This document shows positions 54,746-64,000 of a DNA stretch of 64,000 nt, piece after piece. Numbering within the stretch: the stretch's first letter is position 1; each line of letters begins with the position of its first letter. The notes under the pieces are model-generated. The model was not told the origin of the DNA. It saw only the letters and a program-made list of their open reading frames with translations, and ran no database searches. The position numbers were made by a program, and so were the translations under genes. Source of the DNA: the human T2T-CHM13v2.0 reference genome, Homo sapiens; assembly GCF_009914755.1 (NCBI RefSeq), contig NC_060928.1, one strand, 5' to 3'.

Positions 54746-55660
54746 TAGGTATTTTATAAGCATGAACTAACATATTTCTAATATCCCTTTGTACTTTGTT
54801 TTTTAACAAACCTGAGGCTTAAAGAGGGTGATTTTCCCACAGTCATTTTGCTAAGTATGATACTTTGACGAACCAATTAGACTTTTCTGGACTTTAGTTA
54901 TTTGTTGCTGTTTATTTTTAATCTGAAAAATGAAGGGATGGAATAGGAGCATGTTACAATTATTTTTAACGCCATGATTATTTGATTGGACAATTCTCTT
55001 AGCCATGCAAGATGTGTTGTCTCTCTGTAATCTGAGTTTTGACAAACCAAATCTGCTGCCCCATTCTTCTGATGCAGCAGATGTAGCATGGTGTCTGGCG
55101 CAGAGAAAGCCTTCCGAGTGGGTGCTTCATATCAGTCACTGTGTGAGTTTAATCAGCTTGCTCACGCCTAATTTTCCACCCAGTTCTTAATTTATTCATT
55201 TTATGAAGACATAGGTCTAGGTGATCTTTAGAGTAGCTCTACAGTCTAACACTTTATATTCAAGACAACTAAAATGCCAAGTTATGAAATGCCAAAATGA
55301 TACGAATCAGGCTCCGACCAGGAAAAATGTTAATAATTTATCTGTATTTCCTTTCTAGTGCCTCAACCACATATGGCTATTTTTGCTCTCAAAGCCTAAC
55401 ATTAAGGAAAACTACAGAAGGGAATATGCAGTTTGACAAATTTTACTGATCAAGAACAATTTTTTAATGATCTTTGAAATCCACTTGAAAGCCAATATAG
55501 ATGAGAGATTACAAATGTGGGAATGAAGGGGGTCCCTGTTCATACTCAGCGTTCGGGGGCTGTAGGACATCCTGATCTGCCTTCTACTCACATGCGGCTG
55601 GAAAAAACAACAGCTCACAAAGGAAAGAAAACCTAAATAATAGCTTATTTATATAGTAAT

Positions 55661-55672
55661 TAGATGATAGAT

Positions 55673-55719
<47 letters not shown>

Positions 55720-55740
55720 GAGAGAGAGAGAGAGAGAGAG
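55661..55740. repeat. Compound STR (GATA)11 followed by (GA)10
   Basis: Read directly. Confidence 0.97.
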
Positions 55741-56339
55741 GTGAGGAAAACTCTTTAAAATATCACCATGGTAAATATAATATCAGAGATTCTTCATATT
55801 TGTTTGTTTTGCTTTTGGAAGTACTCATATGTCACCATCTAGCAGGACTAGATGGTGATGCAAATTCCACCAAACACTAAAAAGAAGAGTCTATTTTCTT
55901 GAAACTGAGAAAAACTCATACCCTCAAAGACTGAAGACTAATCTTTGATTTGCTGAAAGCTTGCCTAAGAGTTGGAGATCTCTATGTTCTGCAGCTTTGG
56001 ATTACACCAATGATTGACTCTTTGTTTTCCGGAGTTTAGAGTTGAGGTCGGGTTTCCTCAGAGCCCTGTTCTTATTCTGCTGACTGGACATTCTCTCATT
56101 ACTCCATGACCTCTACCTGTCCCTCCCACCCTCACTTTTCTGCTAGGGTGAAAGTAATCTGTTGAAATCCTTAGCAACCATTTACTTGATATGGTACAAA
56201 TCCAGCTGAAAGGTGCAAATAATTCAAGACTTGTATACATTTCTTAACTAGAAACTAATTTTTAGCTATCCTGGAAGGTTTTTTAACTGTTTCTGGGTAT
56301 TTTAATAAACCCCTAAAATTTCAGTTCAGTGACTTATAT

Positions 56340-57790
56340 TTTTTTAGTTGAAAATCGTTTCAAATTTAAATAAATGCTACAAGAATAAGAATAATACAAA
56401 GAACTCCCAAACACCTTTAATAAGATTTACTTAATTGTTAACATCATGCCTCATTTGTTTTCTCAATCTCTGTTCTGTCTCTATCTTTATGTCTCTGTCT
56501 CTGTCACATATATGTGTGTGTGTGTATATGTATATATGTGTATATACGTATGTGTATATATGTGTGTGTATATATGTATATCATTTGCAGTTAAGTTTCA
56601 TAACATCATAACATTCATTATGACCTTGACCTTTACTGTTCAGTTTATATGTCCTAATATTTATATTTTTACATAAATCATATAATTTGAAATTTTAGTA
56701 AGTTGATGCAATCATTTATTTTTATTTTGTATAGTTATATCTTTATGTTTTACCTACTCTTCCATTCACTTTACTAGGTTTTAAATTGACCCAATAATAC
56801 GCCTCATAGCATTTTTTTTCCTTCCATTGAGGATCCATTCTAGGATCAGAAATTGTGTTTACTTATCATGTCTCTTTAGTTTCTTTCCATTTGGAAAAAA
56901 AAATAATCTCTATATCCTTTGTCTTTGAGGACATTAACATTTTCTAAAAATACAGCCCCAGTTATTTATAAACATAATGTTTCTCATTTGGGGGTTGTCT
57001 GATGTTTATTCATGGTTAGATTCAGGCGATGCATTCTCAGCTGGAATACAACAGAGGTATATTTTGTTCCTCTCAAAACAAAGTATCACATCTGGGGTGT
57101 CCATATGTCCACATTAGTGATAATTTTGATCACCTGAGCAAGTTGTTGTCTGGTTTCTCCATTATAAAAATTATTCTTTTTTCTTTGCTAGTAATAAGCA
57201 GTCTGTGGGTAGACAAAACACTTTAAGGGCATGAAATGCATTATTCCTCAGCAAAATATTCCCCCTAGATTTATTATCAAGGATAATTCTAGCCTGATCC
57301 AGTCTTTACTCCGATGATTACAAAATAAAGGTTTTTTTCTAACTTTATTACTTCTTACACATTTGCCAGTCATCATATAGCATTCTATTACTAGCAGGAA
57401 CTTCTGTGCCTGTTTATCACTTTATATCTGTATGAGCTCCTGAATTCTTATTCTTTCAATGGTTTATAACTCATTACTATTCTTATTCTGGTGCTCACAT
57501 CGCCCAAGATTCGGGTCATTGGAGCCCCCTTCAGATAATGCCTTGCAGTATGCCTCCGCCATTGTTTTAAGCACTATCCTACTTTGTGGTATAACAAGGT
57601 GTTTGGGATTCACCTTGAACCTACCATGCCCAAGTCACAAAAACAACAGGTCTTCCAAGGATCCCTAGTTCTCTTTATGGAAATGATATTAGAGAGCAAA
57701 GCCCAGCCTCTTGGTGGTAGTGAGGCATCTTTCCTTCTAGGTTCTTTTAGCAGACAGAGCTAGGAAATACAAAAATTGACACAGCCATAT
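56340..57790 (-). mobile_element. Ancient L1MC/L1ME 3' region, containing a (TG/TA)n tract at about 56505-56580
   Basis: Degenerate L1M 3' blocks (tttgtctgatgttt...catggttagattcagg; aggatccattctaggatca). Confidence 0.55.
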
Positions 57791-57811
57791 ACGCATATAC
57801 ACATACCTTTA

Positions 57812-58370
57812 TGTGAGCACACTAAAAGGACCTATTCAGAGTCCCAGGGTTTAAGATTATTTTAAACTGAAGACATTTGAGATTCAACAGATACAGAAAG
57901 AAGGCTTTTTGGAGCTTTCCTTGTTTGACTAAAAGCAGAAACTTTGGGAAAGTGAGATTGCATAACTGTGGGGAGGTTTTTGCTCCACGGAAGGAGACCC
58001 AGAGTAAACTTATCATAAACTGCTCTCTGGGGAAGTTTTATGGCCATGAAGAAGATGGAAAGACCACATGCACTTCCATAAACAAATATCACGAACTTTC
58101 TTACCTCCTATTTGTTCTTCTAGAAATCCTTTGTCTTCCTTAAAAAACCCCACTTGTTCTTTCCATAGAAGCCCTTGCTTACTTCTCTCTTTATCTGAGT
58201 AAGTTCTGTTATAAATCTCTAACTATATATCTAGCTACTTTTAGTAAGCTCCTATAGACATGTGAATAAACTTTTTTTTCAGGTTCATCTGACTTTTATC
58301 TGTTTAATTTGCAGGCTCCCAGATACTGAACCTAAGAGGGTAGGGAAAAACCTTTTGCTCCCTGAAAACA
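57812..58370 (+). mobile_element. ERV1 solo LTR (MER34-family-like)
   Basis: gattattttaaactgaagacatttgag...aataaac...gtttaatttgcaggctcccag...actgaacctaagagggtag. Confidence 0.65.
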
Positions 58371-58544
58371 TATATATGCATATGCACATACATTTACATG
58401 TTTTTAGAAATTATGAGTTTGCAATGATATCTCCAATTCTAATATATTCCACGGGCTCTCACGTCTCTTCCCGAATTTCATGTCTTTGTGTAACTTCTTC
58501 AGAAGATAACCCTGACTTCCATAACATCCCCCAATTTTTTAAGT

Positions 58545-61500
58545 ACTTTTTAAAATTTCAGTAGCGTTTGGGGTAGAAGTGGTTTTTGGTTACATGGATG
58601 AATTGTACAGTAGTAAAGTCTGAAATTTTAGTGCATCCATCACCTGAGAAGTGTACACTGCACCCAATATATATTTTTTATCTTTCCTCCCCACTCCCAA
58701 CCTTCCCCTTCTGAGTCTTCATAGTCTTATGTTATCACTCTGTATGCCTTTACATACCTATTGCTTAGCTCCCACTTACAAAGTGAGAACATGTGGTATT
58801 TGGTTTTCCATTCCTGGGTTACTTCACTTAGAATTATACCCTCCAGCTTTATCTGAGTTGCTGCAAAAGACATCATTTGCTTCTTTTTTAAGGCTGAGTA
58901 GTATTCAATGACGTGTATATACTACATTTTCTTTATCCACTCATTGCTCAATGAGCACTTAGATTGGTTCCATGTCTTTGCAATTGTGAATTGTGCTGCA
59001 ATAAATATACATATGCAGGTGAATTTTTGATAAAATGATTTATTTTCCTTTGGGTAGAAACTCAGTAGTAGAAATGCTGAATAGAAAGGCAGATCTACTT
59101 TCAGTTCTTTAAGAAACCTGTGTACTGTTTTCAATAGAGTTTGTACTAATTTACATTTCCACCACTGGTATATCAGAATTCCCTTTTCACCACATCCACA
59201 CCATCTATTGTGTTTTGACTTTTTAATAATGGCTATTCTTGCAGGAGGAATGTAGTGTCTTGCTGGGCTTTTAATTCACATCTCCCTGATGATTTGTAAT
59301 ATTGAGCATTTTTTTTCACATTTGCTGACCATTTGTATATCTTCTTTTGAGAATTGTCTGTTCATTTCATTTGTTCATTTTTGATGGGATTATTTATTTT
59401 TTCTTGCTGATTTCTTTAAGTTTCTTGTATATTCTGGATATTAGTCCTTTGTTGGACATATAGTTTGCAAATATTTTTTCCCATTCTATGGGTTATCTGT
59501 TTACTCTGATGATTATTTCTCTTGCTGTACAGAAGCTTTTTAGTTTAATAAGGTTCCATTCGCTTATGTTTTTTATATTCCATTTGCTTTTGGGATCTTA
59601 GTCATGAGTTCTTTGCCTAGGTTAATGTCAAGAAGAGTTTTTCCTAGATTATCTTCATAATTTTTATGGCTTCATGTCTTAGATTTAAACATTTGATTCA
59701 TCTTGAGTTAATTTTTGTATAAGGTGAGAGATAGGGATTCATTTTCATTCTTCTGCATATGACTAGCCAATTTTCCCAGTACCATTTATTAACTAGAATG
59801 TCCTTTCCTCAATTTATGTTTTTGTATGTTTTATTGATCAGTTGGTTGTAAGTATTTGACTTCGTCTCTGGGTCCTCTATTCTGTTCCATGTGTCTACTT
59901 TTATACCAGTACCATACTGTTTTGGCAACTATAGCCTTATAGTGTAATTTGAAGTCTGGTAATGTGATGCTTCCAGATTTGTTTTCTCATTAAGATTGCT
60001 TTGGCTCTTCAGGCTCTTTTTGATTCCATGTGAATTTTAGGATTGTTTTTACTAACTCTGGAAAAAATGATGTTGGCATTTTGATGGGAATTGCACTGAA
60101 TCTGTAGATCACTTTGGGCAGTATGGTCATTTTCATAATATTGATTCTACCCATCCATGAGCATGGGATGTATTTCTATTTGTTTGTATCATCTATGATT
60201 TCTTGCAGCAGTGTTTTGTAGTTCTCCTTTTGTAGATCCTTCACCTTCTTTGTTAAGTATATTCCTAGGTATGTTGTTATTATTTTTTTGCAGCTGTTGT
60301 AAAGGAGATTGAGTTCTTAATTTCATTCTCAGCTTGGTCATTCTTGGTGTATAGCAAGCAGTACTACTGATTTTTATGCACTGAATTTATAATGTGAGAC
60401 TTTACTGAATTCACTTATCAAATCTAAGAGTCTCTGGAGGAGTCTTTGTGGTTTTCTAAGTATATAATCATATCATCAGTGAACAATGATAGTTTGAATT
60501 CCTCTTTTCCAATGTGGATGCTATTTATTTCTTTCTGTTGCCTGATTACTCTGACAAGGACTTCCTGTACTACATTGAATAGAAGAGGTGAAAATGGGCA
60601 TCCTTGTCTTGTTACAGTTCTCAGGGGTAATGTTTTAAACTTTTCTCCATTCAGTATAATGTTGGATATGGGTTTCTCATACACAACTTTTATTATTTTG
60701 AGATAAGTCCCTTCTATGCCTAGCTTGTTGAGTGTTTTATGATAAAAGAATGCTGGATTCTATTGAACACTTTTTCTGCACCTATTAAAGTGATCATGTT
60801 TTTGTTTTAAATTCTGCTCATATGATGTATCATATTTACTGACTTGTGTATGTTAAATGACCCCTGCCTTCTTGAGCTGAGCTAAAACCCATTTGATTAT
60901 GGTGTATTATCCTTTTTATTTGTTGTTGGATTCAGTTAGCTAGTATTTTGTTGAGAATTTTTGCATCTATATTCATCAAGAATATTGGTCTGTAGTTTTA
61001 AATGTCATTTCTTGGTTTTGGTATCAGGGTGATACGGCTTCGTACAATGATTTAAGGAGGATTCCCTCTTTCTCTGTCTTTTGGAATAGTTATAGAAGGA
61101 TTGGCAACAATTCTTCTGTGTATGTCTGGTAGAATTCAGCTGTGAATCCATTTGATATGTTTTGGCTGTGTCCCCACCTAATCTCATCTTGAATGGTAGT
61201 TCCCATAATCCCCATATGTCATGGGAGGGACTTGCTGGGAGGTAGTTTAATCATGGGGGCAGTTACCCTCATGCTGCTCTCATGATAGTGAGTTCTCATG
61301 AGATCTGATGGTTTTATATGGGGCTTTCCCCTGTTTTGTTCAGCACTTTCTCTGGCTGCTACCATGTGAAGAAAGACATGTTTGTTTCTCCTTCCACCAT
61401 GATTGGATGTCTCGTGAGGCCTCCCCAGCCATGATGAACTGTGAGTCAATTAAACCTTTTTCCTTTATAAATTATCCAGTCTCAGGTATGTCTTTATAAG

Positions 61501-64000
61501 CAGTGTGAAAGTGGACTAATACAGTAAATTGGTACCAGGTGATGGGGTGCTGCTGTAAAGACACCTGAAAATGTAGAAACAACTTTGGAACTGGGTAACA
61601 GACAGAGTTTGGAAATGTTTGGAGGGCTCAGAAAAAAATAAGAAAATGTGGGAAAGTTTGGAAGGTCCTAGAGACTTTGAGACCTCAGAAGACAGGAAGA
61701 TGAGGGAAAGTTTGGAACTTCCTAGAGACTTGTAGAATGGCTTTGACCAAAATGCTGTTAGTGATATGGACAATAAAGTCCAGGCTAAGGTGGTCTCAGA
61801 TGGAGATGAGGAACTTGTTGGGAACTGGAGTAAAGGTCACCCTTGCTATGCAAAGAGACTGGCAGCATTTTGCCCCTGCCCTAGAGATCTGTGGAACTTT
61901 GAAGTTGAGATAGATGATTTAGGGTATCTGGCAGAATAAATTTCTAAGTGGCAACGTGTTCAAGAGGAAGCAGAGCATAAAAGTTTGAAATATTTGCAGC
62001 CTGATGATGCACTAGAAAAGAAAAACATATTTTCTCGGGAGAGATTCAAGTCAGCTGCAGACATTTGCATAAGTAACGAGGATCCATATGTTAATCACCA
62101 AGACAATAAGGACAATGACTCCAGGTCATGTCAGAGACCTTTACAGAGGCACTTCCCATCACAGGACTGGGGGCCAAGGAGGAAAAAATGGTTTCCTGGG
62201 GCGGGCCCAGGGCTCTCCTGCTGTGTGCACCCTAGGGACTTGGTGCCCTGAGTCCCAGCTGCTCCAGCCATGGCTCAAAGTGCCCGAGGTACAGCTCAGG
62301 CCATGGCTTCAGAGGGTGCAAGCCCAGGCCTTGGCAGCTTCCACAGGGTGTTGAGCCTGAAGACACACAGAAGAATTGAGTTTTGGAAACCTCCACCTAG
62401 ATTTTGGAGGATGTATGGCAACACCTGAATGTCCAAGCAGAAGTTTGCTGCAGGGGTGGGGCCCTCATGGAAAACCTCTGCTAGGGCAGTGCAGAAAGGA
62501 AATGTGGGGTTGGAGCCCCCACACTGAGTCTCCAGTGGGGCACTGCCTAGGAGAGCTGTAAGAAGAGAGCCACTGTCCTCCAGACCCCAGAATGGTACAT
62601 CTGCCGACAGCTTGCACCATGGGCCTGGAAAAGCCACAGACACTCAATGCCAGCTTGTGAAAGCAGCTGGAAGGGGGGCTGTAGCCTGCAAGGCCACAGG
62701 GACAGAGCTGCCCAAGGCCATGGGAGCCCACCTCTTGCATCTGCATGAACTGGTTGTGATATATGGGGTCAAAAGAGATTATTTTGGAACTTTAAGGTTT
62801 AATGACCACCCTGTTAGATTTCAGACTTGCATGAGGCCTGTAGCCCCTTTGTTTTGGCCAATTTCTCCCATTTGGAATGAGTGTATTTACCCAATGTCTG
62901 TACCCCCATTGTATCTAGGAAGTAACTAACTTGCTTTTGATTTTACAGGCTCATAGGCAGAAGGGACTTGCCTGGTCTCAGATGAGACTTTGGACCTGAA
63001 CTTTTGAGTTAATGCTGGAATGAGCTAAGACTTTGGGGGACTGTTGAAAGGGCATAATTTTGTTTTGAAATTAGAGGACATGAAATAGGAGAAGCCAGGG
63101 GCAGAATAGTACGGTTTGGCTGTGTTCCCATAGAAATCTCACCTTAGATTGCAGTTTTCATAATCTCCACACTGTCATGGGAGAGACTCAGTGGGAGGTA
63201 ATTTAATCACGGAGGTGGTTACCTCATGCTGTTCTCATGATATTGAGTTATCACAAGATCTGATGTTTTTATCAGGAGTTTCCTCTCTTTTCTTAAGCAG
63301 TTTCTCTTGTTGCTGCCATGTGAAGAGGGATGTGTTTGCTTCCTCTGCTACCAGGATTGTAAGTTTCCTGAACTGTGAATCAACTAAACCTCTTTCCTTT
63401 ATAAATTGCCAAGTCTCAGGTATGTCTTTATTAGTAGCAAGAGAATGGCCTAATATATCACCTGACCACGGGGTTTGTTTTTGTTCTTGGCAATTTTTTT
63501 ATTACATATTCAATCTCACTGCTTGTTATTGGTCTATTCAGGGTATCTATTTCTTCCTGACTTAATCTAGGAGGGCTGAATGTTTTCAGAAATTTATTTA
63601 TTTTCTCTAAATTTTCTAGTTTGTGTGCATAGAGGTGACCATTGTATTTTGAATAATATTTTGTATTTCTGTGGTGTTGGTTGTAATGTCTCCAGTTTCA
63701 TTTCTAATTGAGTTTATATGTATCTCTTCTCTTCTTTAGTAATGATTAATCTGGCTAATGATATATCATTTTTTTAGCTTTTCAAAGAACCAGATTTTTG
63801 TTTCATTGATCTTCTCTATTTTTGTTTGTTTGTTTTGGTTTCATTTAGTTCTACTCTGATCTTTGTTATTTCATTTCTTCTGCTAACTTTGAGTGGAGTT
63901 TATGATTGTTTCTCTAGTTCCTTGAAGTCAACACTAGGTTATCAATTTGTGATCTTTCAGACTTTTTGATGTAGGCATTTAGTGCTATAAATGTTCCTCT
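58545..64000 (-). mobile_element. L1PB1-like LINE, split by THE1 into 58545-61152 and 63458-64000 (runs off the window)
   Basis: L1PB 3' end (gtggtttttggttacatggatgaattg); RT remnant at 60424-60684 ([13 protein letters not shown]...[11 protein letters not shown]). Confidence 0.9.
61153..63457 (+). mobile_element. Complete THE1 (THE1D-like) MaLR element: LTR 61153-61523, internal 61524-63106, LTR 63107-63457
   Basis: TGATATG.TTTGGCTGTGTCCCCACCC start and CTAATACA end; internal region starts GTAAATTGGTACCAG; second LTR present; degenerate 5-bp TSD (ccatt / tcacc). Confidence 0.93.

Overview
Human (primate) genomic DNA: gene-poor, repeat-rich and unusually dense in minisatellites. It is most likely distal chromosome 4q35.2, because I recognise the HSP90-alpha processed pseudogene (9528-12486) as HSP90AA4P from memory of its diagnostic substitutions; no database was checked. 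No intact protein-coding gene is supported. The window holds a complete HERV-H/LTR7 provirus (16156-22022, minus strand, CTGAT TSD) and a complete THE1D-like MaLR element (61153-63457). It also has several L1s of different ages, Alus, DNA-transposon fossils, solo LTRs, five VNTRs (21, 30, 16/17, 40 and 22 bp units) and STRs. All long ORFs in the track are VNTR read-throughs, pseudogene fragments or transposon remnants. I found no evidence for a new multi-gene system. The best structural signals are: (1) an apparent L1-mediated 3' transduction of about 470 bp (22789-23266), revealed because its TSD splits the TIR of a MER2-like MITE; (2) a two-segment templated inverted insertion inside HERV-H that creates a perfect 56-bp-arm palindrome (17994-18107); (3) GT-AG junctions that stitch the HSP90 pseudogene fragments into one stop-free frame. 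Repeat subfamily names come from recalled consensus sequences and need RepeatMasker/Dfam confirmation.
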